DNA of 64,000 nt from an uncultured virus (IMG/VR IMGVR_UViG_3300032007_004036) (Duplodnaviria > Heunggongvirae > Uroviricota > Caudoviricetes): IMG/VR virus record IMGVR_UViG_3300032007_004036; one strand, written 5' to 3'. The position numbers and the translations under genes are program-made. Below, in pieces: positions 28,101-36,009 of the stretch. The notes under the pieces were generated by a model that was given only the letters and a program-made list of their open reading frames with translations, made no database searches and was not told the origin of the DNA. Numbering within the stretch: position 1 is the stretch's first letter; each line of letters opens with the position of its first letter.

Positions 28101-28385
28101 AAGATACCGCACCTTGCGACCGGTGGACTTGCCAAAGCTCCGACACTGGCAATGGTAGGCGATAACAGGAATGCACGCAGCGACCCCGAGGTCATTTCTC
28201 CGCTTTCAAAATTGCAGGGAATGATCGATTCCGGCAGCAATGCAGAAATCGTAGAACTGCTAAGACTGATAGTCGAACTGCTCAGAAACGGCATATCTGC
28301 GGAGCTTATAGGTTCGATGTTCGGCAGCGACTTCAAACGTACAGTGCTCCGGATAGTTGCCGAGGATAATACAAGGAGAGGATAG
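25107..28385 (+). CDS. Tail tape measure protein
   Basis: 1092 aa, periodic W/F repeats, IPHLATGG...PTLAMVGD...PEVISPLSKL. Confidence 0.93.
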   Translation: MPETSAGAISLDLTIQDKLTEQIERSISSARRYAESLGRELENSITAPIKRAAEKVKAVDVPVSVRTEDITGKLHETLENTKTTLDIPVDVSSGNIAQKVHDITEQAQTAITIPVDIEPESAFRAVEEKMSSIAESIREKLGAIDFPTASAERFTCQLEVMTEKLALMQKTWQELSAADPFSTAADRAGKLEKKIADLENRLAKLSKGGKIALPEPRKVKTPTATVTKTDTGKSSVPAVDVGPAIGGGISGIAGMIGTAVSGNPAIGSAVSSVASTITGTLGNAFKGLHNLINKVTGNASAKLKKLIGNIIDITKPLRKLGDTLKRAFKSVFLAAGAYAAFRALKDGLLEAANADERFVKSLNEVKANLAIAFTPIIQQVMPMLDSLMEKLAVTTKQIAAFTANLFGMTYKQAADAAKKIKDVTAAAKKAKMAVAGIDELNILSDGSDDDKQGIDYSKLDMSEPELPDWAERLKTSIKTGDWNGAGRALAAKVNEVLGSVNWEKAEQKVKEKVRNLADLINGFTDELDPRGIGNAIAGTLNTITGAVTTFADTVNWGRIGRKLASGLNTAVRKIKWRQLGKALTSGIKILTDVLYNFSEEFDFKQLGSGLSRAMNGAVANVDTAKIGSTLSNIIKGSISAATEFLKGTDFNMIGEKIGDFLENLDFENILRGGASLIRKIFSSMLDIADGLLDNTDWASIGLSIGRGLGGAEKDGVQEGLSGENGIFDGFWAKLVRVMLKWSAAMSDLAVTIGAGIVWGILDGITGELKSIGKWLDDNIVMPFIDGIRDKFGIKNGSSSKTKNIGSSLMTGIKNGASEKLESAKKVFTGLRESIEAIFTDIGDWFKVKFESARDNVKKPFSSIGLWFAEKCSEIRAPFLNVGSWFGERFQAARDNIERIFNDVGAYFGKRWDDIKEHYSTVGSWFRDRFEAAYDNIRNVWSYLPDVFDQIWSDIKDSALDSLNDILGGLDEFCGKLADVLSSMSVAGIGGNILLPKISKIPHLATGGLAKAPTLAMVGDNRNARSDPEVISPLSKLQGMIDSGSNAEIVELLRLIVELLRNGISAELIGSMFGSDFKRTVLRIVAEDNTRRG

Positions 28386-28386
28386 A

Positions 28387-28743
28387 ATGAACGTAATACT
28401 GTCGATAAATGGAAAAGCTCCGGCAGTTCAGCCGCTGAGCGACGGCGGATACAGCGTTGTTACGTCTGACTTGCTTTCTTCGGGTTCAGGGCGGTCTGCT
28501 GAAACAGGAAGAACTATTCGTTACAAAGTAAGAGCGAATACATACAAGCTCTCCCTCAAATTCAAAGGACTGAAAGAGGAAGTAGCAAGTGTATATGCAC
28601 AGATAAAGGCTTTCACTCTGACAGTCAGATTCTATGACCCGAGTGAGGGCGGATATGTAACGGCAGACTTCTATTCAGGTGACCCGACATTTGTTCCTGA
28701 CCAGTATACTGCTGAGCTGTCTGTTAATCTGATCGAGATATGA
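28387..28743 (+). CDS. Distal tail (Dit-like) protein
   Basis: Position after TMP; SGRSAETG...FYSGD...LSVNLIE. Confidence 0.75.
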   Translation: MNVILSINGKAPAVQPLSDGGYSVVTSDLLSSGSGRSAETGRTIRYKVRANTYKLSLKFKGLKEEVASVYAQIKAFTLTVRFYDPSEGGYVTADFYSGDPTFVPDQYTAELSVNLIEI

Positions 28744-28752
28744 GGTGATAGG

Positions 28753-30336
28753 GTGTATGAAGTAAGAAGCGAATTCAGGACGGCTATGCTGTCCGGAGAT
28801 GTCCGCCATAGAATAAGAGGTGTTATCACTGACGTGACCGGCTCTGATATCTCCATTTGTGAAGAGATCGGCGAGAATGTCAGGATAGAGCAGCAATGCA
28901 CGACAGATACAGACGTGTTTGCAGTGGGGCAGCTTTATACCGGCACGGTCGAGCTGACACTGCTCGGAGCAGATGAACTACAGCGTGAGACACTCCGCGG
29001 CGGAACGGTAACTCTTGAATTCGGACTTGAAGGGCATGATGAATGGGTACCGCTTGGTATCTGGAACATCACCGACCCGCAGCGCGGTTCCGAGAACAGC
29101 ATAATGATCAAGGGAGTGGATAACACGTCCAAGCTTGACGTGGAAATACCTGTATTTGTCGGACACGTCAAAATGACCGACCGTATACGCATGATAAAGA
29201 AACTCACAGGACTGGAATTTGCACAGACAGCAGAGGAACTCTCGGCACTCGCAGGGGCAGATATAACGTCCAATGACGTATTTGGAACGAGTTATTGTCC
29301 GACGTGCAGGGCTGAGGTTTGCGCTATAGCTGAATTTATAGGCGGTATTGCCTTCATCGACCGCGAAGGCAGGATAGCGTTCCGGCGATTTGGTGACAAT
29401 GCAGGCGAGTATGTGGTACCTGCGTCAAGGCGATTTCGCGCCGACCTGAGTGAGTACAGCTTCAAGGTTACGGCTGTAAGCTACAGTGAGGACGGCAAAA
29501 CAGCCACAACTCCGGAAGCACCGGGAGAAGATGCAAATACGCGAGCCTGCCTGCCGCTGAATGGCTATCCATATGCACAATATATAAACGAATCCGATAT
29601 AGCAGATGCTCTCATGAGGGTACGCGATAATCTTGCGAGTGCCGGAGTATGGGTACCGGGAAGCTTTGATTATGCCGGAGACCCCACTATCGACCTCGGA
29701 GACCGTTTGTATCTGACCGGAGGAGTGACCGGTGCCGCGCAGTCAGCATTCCTCGTCACAGCGCAGACATGGCAGTTTCGCGGACCGCACACCCTCATAT
29801 CAGCCGGAGCAGGCGAATCCGTAGGGAATTACAACAGCGGAGGCGGAAGTGCCGGAGGAGGCGGAAGCTCGACAACTATCATAGAGGACCCGCTGAATTT
29901 TGTGAAGATGCGGGAAATACCCGGAGAAATAGCATCTGACCCGGTCATAGCGGCAGAAGCGTATTTCAGGGCGGCATTGCCGACAGTGCTGTATGTCAGC
30001 GTATCAGCAGCCGTGGAAAGTAATGAGGATAGTCTGACAAGTATCAGAGTGTACCTCGACGGTAACGAGCTTTATATGTGCAGTGAAGACACATTATCTG
30101 CCGGTGAGCGTCGTACAGTGCATTTCGGGCAGATGTGTACAGTTACCGCCGGCTTGCATAATTTGGCAGTGGAAGCGACCGGAGCAGGCAGTATAAAGCG
30201 TATCACAGGTTCAGTATTCGGAAAGAAGATATCCGCTGATATTTCAATGATACGCACATGGGGAGAAGCTTCTGTCTTTAAATGGAGCGACATATTACTC
30301 TTGAAATGGGGAGATATAAATGGAACGAACGACTAA
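28753..30336 (+). CDS. Baseplate hub / tail tip protein
   Basis: Position; EWVPLG, GDPTIDLGD, Gly linker, C-terminal beta domain. Confidence 0.75.
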   Translation: MYEVRSEFRTAMLSGDVRHRIRGVITDVTGSDISICEEIGENVRIEQQCTTDTDVFAVGQLYTGTVELTLLGADELQRETLRGGTVTLEFGLEGHDEWVPLGIWNITDPQRGSENSIMIKGVDNTSKLDVEIPVFVGHVKMTDRIRMIKKLTGLEFAQTAEELSALAGADITSNDVFGTSYCPTCRAEVCAIAEFIGGIAFIDREGRIAFRRFGDNAGEYVVPASRRFRADLSEYSFKVTAVSYSEDGKTATTPEAPGEDANTRACLPLNGYPYAQYINESDIADALMRVRDNLASAGVWVPGSFDYAGDPTIDLGDRLYLTGGVTGAAQSAFLVTAQTWQFRGPHTLISAGAGESVGNYNSGGGSAGGGGSSTTIIEDPLNFVKMREIPGEIASDPVIAAEAYFRAALPTVLYVSVSAAVESNEDSLTSIRVYLDGNELYMCSEDTLSAGERRTVHFGQMCTVTAGLHNLAVEATGAGSIKRITGSVFGKKISADISMIRTWGEASVFKWSDILLLKWGDINGTND

Positions 30337-30520
30337 TTTCGGACTTTATAAGCCGGGTGCGGACGATTTTATAAGCATTGATGACATCAATGCGAATATG
30401 GACATAATCGATGAGGCGCTTGCGAACAGGTCCGGCGGCAATACACCTGTCAGCGCAATGCTCGTCGCTGATTCAGCAGGTGACTCAATAATCGGAGACG
30501 CACAGAAGGAGGAAGAATAA
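30320..30520 (+). CDS. Small tail-associated protein
   Basis: TTNFGLYKP..DDFISIDDINANMDIID.AL, typical of tail-fibre N-termini. Confidence 0.7.
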   Translation: MERTTNFGLYKPGADDFISIDDINANMDIIDEALANRSGGNTPVSAMLVADSAGDSIIGDAQKEEE

Positions 30521-31140
30521 TGGCAATAGAGAAAACTATAGAGAAAACTATATTTGCCGGAATGAGTGATGCACAAAAGAGAACAGCGTTTAAAGAATGG
30601 CTCGCTGATTCCGGGCTTTTTGATAGTGTTGAACTCGACGGTACGACTGTAAAATGCTATGTTGGGGAAAGACTTGTGTATGAATTCTGGAAAACAGCGT
30701 CGTATCATGTTGCGCACTTAAAAAATGGGTACGAATGGGATATGGGCGATTTCGGCATTTCTCAACTCTCCTATGGTGTAAAAACTTCCAAGGGAATTTA
30801 TATTCAGGCACAGCAGACATATAAAATGCATATTTTTATTACCAAATCAAACAACGGCGATATTGTTGTGTTAAGAAATTATCATGAACTAGAAGTAAAC
30901 GTACCGGATTTGGAAAAAAGTCCGGCTTATGTTTCAGGTACCTATACATGGAATGTGCCCGGTTCTTGTTTCGTAAAACAAGAGGCAACGTCAATGGCTC
31001 CGATATCTTCATATGGAACCAATACCTATCCGGTCGGCTTATATTTAATTGTTTTTAATCAGTATCCCAATGAAGAAGCGAAAATAATAGTTGACGGTAA
31101 AAAATATTATTCAAACGGATTCATAGCACTGGAGGAATGA
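30520..31140 (+). CDS. Hypothetical protein, possible receptor-binding module
   Basis: Position at the end of the tail cluster; visibly AT-richer. Confidence 0.6.
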   Translation: MAIEKTIEKTIFAGMSDAQKRTAFKEWLADSGLFDSVELDGTTVKCYVGERLVYEFWKTASYHVAHLKNGYEWDMGDFGISQLSYGVKTSKGIYIQAQQTYKMHIFITKSNNGDIVVLRNYHELEVNVPDLEKSPAYVSGTYTWNVPGSCFVKQEATSMAPISSYGTNTYPVGLYLIVFNQYPNEEAKIIVDGKKYYSNGFIALEE

Positions 31141-31141
31141 T

Positions 31142-31519
31142 ATGCAGTACATAATAATGCTCGCGATAGTCCTCGGACTGGCTCTCGCGGACTTTGCAAC
31201 AGGACTAATAAAAGGCTACATCACGCACCAGCTCAACAGTGCGAAAATGCGAAGCGGCGGGCTCAACAAAATATGTGAGCTCATCATCATGGCTACAGCG
31301 TGCGGACTTGAAGTCGGTATAAATCAGCTCGGGCACTACTATGAGAGCGACGTTCTCGCCGGTATCGCTGGAGCAGTAGCGGCAATCGTGGTATTTGGAT
31401 ATATTGTTATTATGGAGCTAATCTCCATACTTGAAAACTACGCGGAAATAAACAAAGATGCCGCTTGGGTAGGAAGACTGCTCAAACGGCTGAAAAATGT
31501 AAGTGATAAAGAAAAATAA
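31142..31519 (+). CDS. Holin (holin_4 family)
   Basis: ADFATGLIKG...SAKMRSG..K...ELISILEN; three hydrophobic segments. Confidence 0.9.
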   Translation: MQYIIMLAIVLGLALADFATGLIKGYITHQLNSAKMRSGGLNKICELIIMATACGLEVGINQLGHYYESDVLAGIAGAVAAIVVFGYIVIMELISILENYAEINKDAAWVGRLLKRLKNVSDKEK

Positions 31520-31603
31520 TTATTTTTTAATAAACGGTTTTCCATTGAGAAATACGCTTTTCCCGACCCCTTATGCGGATACACTCACAGAAAGGAAAAA
31601 ATT

Positions 31604-32026
31604 ATGTTATCAATAATCAGAATAGAATTCATACGATTCATAAGCTATGACTACACCAGTGCCCGAAGCCTGAACAGGGTAGAACTGTGTGTTGACTCTG
31701 CAAGCGAGCTTCCGGCAGTCGACGCCTTTGATAATATGCTCCTGGCTCAGGGAAGCATTGCGTGGGACGTCAGCACTGGAGACTTCTATGGTCTCGGCTC
31801 AGACGGCACATGGTACAAACAGGACGGTACAGGTGCATATGAACCTGATTCAGATGCTGCTCCTAATCTTAACATCGGCAGCTTAAATCGTCCGTCTGTA
31901 CAGCCTATATCAGACACATTTAATATGTCCCCGACATCTCTGAACGAATCAGATGACACACCAATCCCTGAGGAAAGCGAGGTAAATGCAGATGACGAGT
32001 CTTTACGAGGTGCTGAAACGGAGTAA
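31604..32026 (+). CDS. Hypothetical phage protein between holin and lysin
   Basis: AAGGA RBS; GSIAW...TGDFY.L..DGTW. Confidence 0.7.
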   Translation: MLSIIRIEFIRFISYDYTSARSLNRVELCVDSASELPAVDAFDNMLLAQGSIAWDVSTGDFYGLGSDGTWYKQDGTGAYEPDSDAAPNLNIGSLNRPSVQPISDTFNMSPTSLNESDDTPIPEESEVNADDESLRGAETE

Positions 32027-32810
32027 AACTGCCCCACAATTAGCGCCTGATATGTTTACAGCATTGTGGGCAAAGTCCATCACCGCCGGGAAAACGATTG
32101 AACTGTCTGGGCAAGTGCCGCTGTCTTTTAAGGCTAACGGCGAACCGCTTCTCGACTACCTCATCAGCGGCAACACAGTCCAGTCCGGCACACCGACTCA
32201 GGATAACCCGTTAACTCCGAGCGAGTGTGGAGATTTAGAAGCAACAGGTGAACACGCAGGACAGTTTAAAATCCCGATTTCATCAGCAGGACAGACAAAC
32301 AACATCTACCTTGGTGAAGTACAGACAACAAGACAGATTAAGAAGTTAGTGCTGACCGGAGAAGAGCTGTGGGGTAAGAGTGGAGACGGAATCTATTCAT
32401 ATTTTGGCTTACGTCTTGGAGATTCTTCAACCACATTTACAACTGCGGTATGTACACATTATGAAAATGTTGATGTCACAAAAACTTCCCCTGCTGTTGG
32501 ATTTATGTTGACCGCAAGTTCGAGAAATCTGCGCATTAGAACGAACGACGTAGAAAATGTTTCACTTAATGACTTCGTATCATTCCTTACACAGCAATAT
32601 GCAAATGGCACACCAGTCACCGTCTGGTATGTTTTAGACACGCCCGAAACAGGCTTAGTAAACGAGCCTATAAGAAAGATTGGTGATTATGCTGATACTC
32701 TAAGCATGGAACAGGCAGGGGTGCAGATACCGACTAACAAGGGCAGTACAACGCTCGATGTACTGACAGCGGTTAAACCGAGTAACGTGAGCATCAAATA
32801 CAGAGTATAA
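31986..32810 (+). CDS. Hypothetical, probably structural phage protein
   Basis: ISGNTVQSGTPTQDNP...NGTPVTVWYVL.TP. Confidence 0.7.
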   Translation: MQMTSLYEVLKRSKTAPQLAPDMFTALWAKSITAGKTIELSGQVPLSFKANGEPLLDYLISGNTVQSGTPTQDNPLTPSECGDLEATGEHAGQFKIPISSAGQTNNIYLGEVQTTRQIKKLVLTGEELWGKSGDGIYSYFGLRLGDSSTTFTTAVCTHYENVDVTKTSPAVGFMLTASSRNLRIRTNDVENVSLNDFVSFLTQQYANGTPVTVWYVLDTPETGLVNEPIRKIGDYADTLSMEQAGVQIPTNKGSTTLDVLTAVKPSNVSIKYRV

Positions 32811-32818
32811 GGAGGATA

Positions 32819-33538
32819 ATGACAATGACTAAAAACGGAATTGATGTCTCGAAGTATCAGGGAAACATCGCATGGAAACAGGTAAAGGACAGCGGAATTG
32901 AGTTCGCCATTATCAAAGCAGGCGGCTCTGATGACGGATTCTATATAGACCCGACCTACGAAGCAAACTACAAGAATGCCAAAGCAGTCGGAATGCCAGT
33001 CGGAGCATATTATATAGTGGGACCGTACTGCGTATCTAAAGAAGACGGCATTGCAGATGCAAAGCGATTCCTGAAAATGCTTGAAGGTAAGACCTTTGAG
33101 TATCCTGTCTACATCGACCTTGAAACTACGTCACCGGCAACGAAAGCCGGAACAACTGACGCGGTACTCGCCTTCTGTCAGACTATGGAGGTGGCAGGAT
33201 ATTTCTGCGGCATATACGCATCGGATATATCCGGATTCAAGGATAGGCTTGACATTGACCACATCAACTCTCGTGCTAAATGGGTTGCAAGCTATGGAAG
33301 TAAGCCTACATATACCAAGTCTTACGGAATGTGGCAGAAGTCGGACAAAGGACGTGTGCCCGGTATAGCCGGAGACGTTGACCTCGACGAATGTTTTGTC
33401 GATTACCCGAAAATCATCAAAAATGCTGGCGACAACGGCTTCCCGAAGCATACAGCTCCTGCGCACACCAAGAAGACCATGAAAGTCACTGTCGAGTACG
33501 ATGACCACACCTACAGCGGGCTCCTTGAGGAGCAGTAA
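32819..33538 (+). CDS. Endolysin, GH25 muramidase
   Basis: GIDVSKYQG, VYIDLE, WQ...G.VPGI.GDVDLD. Confidence 0.93.
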   Translation: MTMTKNGIDVSKYQGNIAWKQVKDSGIEFAIIKAGGSDDGFYIDPTYEANYKNAKAVGMPVGAYYIVGPYCVSKEDGIADAKRFLKMLEGKTFEYPVYIDLETTSPATKAGTTDAVLAFCQTMEVAGYFCGIYASDISGFKDRLDIDHINSRAKWVASYGSKPTYTKSYGMWQKSDKGRVPGIAGDVDLDECFVDYPKIIKNAGDNGFPKHTAPAHTKKTMKVTVEYDDHTYSGLLEEQ

Positions 33539-33573
33539 GTTCTTCATTTTCGACATGGTCCTAAGATTATATC

Positions 33574-33697
33574 TTGACCTGCGGCATATCATGATGTATA
33601 ATATCAATTTGGAAATGCCTGAATTCGATCCGCACTTAAATCTACAGACATTTCTGAAAAACCTCCCCTCAGAGCCGATTCGAGGGGAGGTTTTTTT
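33574..33697 (+). ncRNA. Promoter plus putative ~90-nt sRNA ending in a terminator after the lysin gene
   Basis: TTGACC-N17-TATAAT (33574-33602); stem GAAATG..CATTTC; terminator AAAAACCTCCCCTC/GAGGGGAGGTTTTTTT. Confidence 0.5.
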
Positions 33698-33984
33698 ATA
33701 TCTTTTTGGAGTTCAGACCGCCGAGTTGTGATATTATCACCTTTGCCATACGCGGGTCAGGGTTTTTTATATTTACCGGATACTGTAATTTATTACAATA
33801 TCCATGTTGTACATAAGAGAATATGGCTGTATACAGCCATTTGATTTTGCCGATGATTCACTATAATTCAAAAAACATACTATATCTATTTCTGCAAGAA
33901 AAAGATTATCAATTCACTTGAAATATCTTACAATTTAGCGTATAATATAATATAAGTAGTATTGGTCTATTATCTGTAAAGGAG

Positions 33985-35580
33985 ATGACTATTATGAATA
34001 TCGCCGAAAAACGAACTCTGCCTACCGGTATACAGAGCTTTGAGAAGCTCAGAGAATTTAACGCCGTTTACGTTGACAAAACTGAATTTGTATATAAGCT
34101 CGTGCATGAAGTAACTCCTTTTTTTCTGAGCCGCCCAAGACGCTTCGGAAAGAGCCTTCTCCTTTCAACGCTTCGTGCTTATTGGGAGGGCAAGAAAGAG
34201 CTGTTTAAGGGACTTGCTATCGAGCAGCTTGAGGCTGATAATCCCGATGCATGGCAGCCTTATCCTGTTTTTTATTTTGACTTGAACGGACAGGACTACA
34301 CAAAGCCTTCCGCCTTAGAGAATACATTGTCTACGCATCTTAAGACATGGGAGCAGCAGTACGAATGCACTACCAATGAAGAATCACTTCCGATACGTTT
34401 CAAGAATCTGCTTACTGCTGTACATGAAAAAACAGGCAAGCGCTGTGTAGTTCTCGTTGACGAATATGATAAGCCTCTGCTTGATCTTTCTGAGCACCCT
34501 GAACTTCGTGAACATAATAAGGCTGTTTTCAAAGGCTTCTTTGGCAACCTTAAAAGCTGTGACGATCATATCCGCTTTGTGTTTATAACAGGCGTGACAA
34601 AATATCACAAAGTCAGCATTTTCAGCGACTTGAACCAGCTTTTTGATATATCGCTGAGCGAAGAATTTGCAGCTATTTGCGGAATAACTGAGGACGAACT
34701 TAGAAAATGTTTTTCGCCTGAAATTAAAGAAATGGCAGAAAAACAAAAAATAGACGAAATCGTATGTATGCAAAAGCTCAAAGAATATTATGATGGTTAT
34801 CATTTTCATCAGGACGGCGAAGGCGTGTATAACCCCTACAGTCTTCTGAAAGCATTCTTCACCAAATCATTTGACTCATTCTGGTTCGAGAGCGGTACGC
34901 CGACATTTCTGGTGAAGCGACTTAGGTCTATGGATTTTGATCTACGCAGATTAAGCAACGAGACCTTGTACGCTAACGCAAGTATGCTTAAGGACTACAG
35001 CGAGGACAATCCTGACCCGATACCGCTTTTGTATCAGACTGGCTATCTGACTATCGCTGATTACGACCCAACTGCCCATGAGTATACGCTTGCGTTTCCG
35101 AACAATGAGGTCAAGTACGGCTTCCTTGAATGTCTGATGCCGGAATATGTTTCTGATTATGGCTCGGGATCTGGTATAGATATTTTTACTCTCAGGCGCT
35201 ATATAAACCGCGGAGAACTGGAAAGCATTAAGAATGTGCTCACCGCTCTTTTCGCAAGGATAACCTATACTACAAAAGACACTGCCTTTGAGCATTATTT
35301 TCAGACCGTCATCTACCTTGTTTTTACTCTGCTTGGACAGTTTACAGAATGTGAGATGCACACTTTTACAGGACGTATTGACTGCAAGGTGGAAACGGAC
35401 AAATTCATCTACCTGTTTGAGTTTAAGCGTGATAGATCAGCCGATGAAGCCTTGAAGCAGATAGACGATAAAAGCTATTCGCTTCCGTTTGCAGCAGATC
35501 AGAGAACTCTCTACAAGATAGGCGTATCCTTTGATTCTGAAAAGCGTATCCTTTCCGATTGGAAGTCTGTTGAAGCATAA
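33985..35580 (+). CDS. AAA-ATPase-like protein with C-terminal PD-(D/E)XK nuclease (PDDEXK_9 type)
   Basis: LPTGIQSFEKLR, SRPRRFGKSL, LVDEYDKP, GRIDC...FEFK; promoter TTGAAA-N17-TATAAT upstream. Confidence 0.92.
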   Translation: MTIMNIAEKRTLPTGIQSFEKLREFNAVYVDKTEFVYKLVHEVTPFFLSRPRRFGKSLLLSTLRAYWEGKKELFKGLAIEQLEADNPDAWQPYPVFYFDLNGQDYTKPSALENTLSTHLKTWEQQYECTTNEESLPIRFKNLLTAVHEKTGKRCVVLVDEYDKPLLDLSEHPELREHNKAVFKGFFGNLKSCDDHIRFVFITGVTKYHKVSIFSDLNQLFDISLSEEFAAICGITEDELRKCFSPEIKEMAEKQKIDEIVCMQKLKEYYDGYHFHQDGEGVYNPYSLLKAFFTKSFDSFWFESGTPTFLVKRLRSMDFDLRRLSNETLYANASMLKDYSEDNPDPIPLLYQTGYLTIADYDPTAHEYTLAFPNNEVKYGFLECLMPEYVSDYGSGSGIDIFTLRRYINRGELESIKNVLTALFARITYTTKDTAFEHYFQTVIYLVFTLLGQFTECEMHTFTGRIDCKVETDKFIYLFEFKRDRSADEALKQIDDKSYSLPFAADQRTLYKIGVSFDSEKRILSDWKSVEA

Positions 35581-35595
35581 TATCGTAACATAGAA

Positions 35596-35626
35596 ACAGC
35601 TCCGGGGGATACCCCGGAGCTGTCTT
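35596..35626. terminator. Intrinsic terminator between convergent genes
   Basis: ACAGCTCCGGGG / CCCCGGAGCTGT. Confidence 0.8.
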
Positions 35627-35637
35627 TGGATTTAGCA

Positions 35638-35898
35638 TTAATCCATAAGGATCTCCATATTCTTCATATGTGAGATATCCTGACCTGTGAACGCTATCTG
35701 CATAAGCGCATAAGTAACGTCCGCAGCGATCTTTTCTTCCTCTTCCTTCGTGTGTTTGGGAATATGACAGATGACCGTGGCACCGCTGTATCTTGTTTTC
35801 AACACGGCGATAAGCTCGGTGTCTGTCTCGGTCTCACTTATAACGTCATACTCTGAGCGCTCCCACAGTGAAGGCTGTTCTTTCTTCTTTTTTGCCAT
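35638..35898 (-). CDS. Hypothetical protein
   Basis: AAAGGAG RBS; 86 aa. Confidence 0.7.
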   Translation of the reverse strand: MAKKKKEQPSLWERSEYDVISETETDTELIAVLKTRYSGATVICHIPKHTKEEEEKIAADVTYALMQIAFTGQDISHMKNMEILMD

Positions 35899-36009
35899 AC
35901 TATCCTGCTCCTTTCGTTTAATTATATGCGGTATCGCTTGTACCGCTTGCTGTTTTGTATTTTGATGTAAAATATTTATAGGCTGGCTCCCGAAAAGGAG
36001 CCAACATTA

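Larger units (their letters stand above)
1..33700 (+). mobile_element. Temperate siphovirus prophage (A118-like head/tail module); left end with integrase/repressor outside the window, right end approximate
   Basis: Co-oriented early, replication, late activator, terS/terL, portal, capsid, tail, holin and endolysin genes in canonical order; attR not identified. Confidence 0.95.

Noticed and set aside
28753..33600. Diversity-generating retroelement acting on tail genes
   Set aside because: No reverse transcriptase and no template/variable repeat pair seen in the window
33780..33880. attR at the ATGGCTGTATACAGCCAT palindrome
   Set aside because: The position is plausible, but attL is outside the window so no core repeat can be shown
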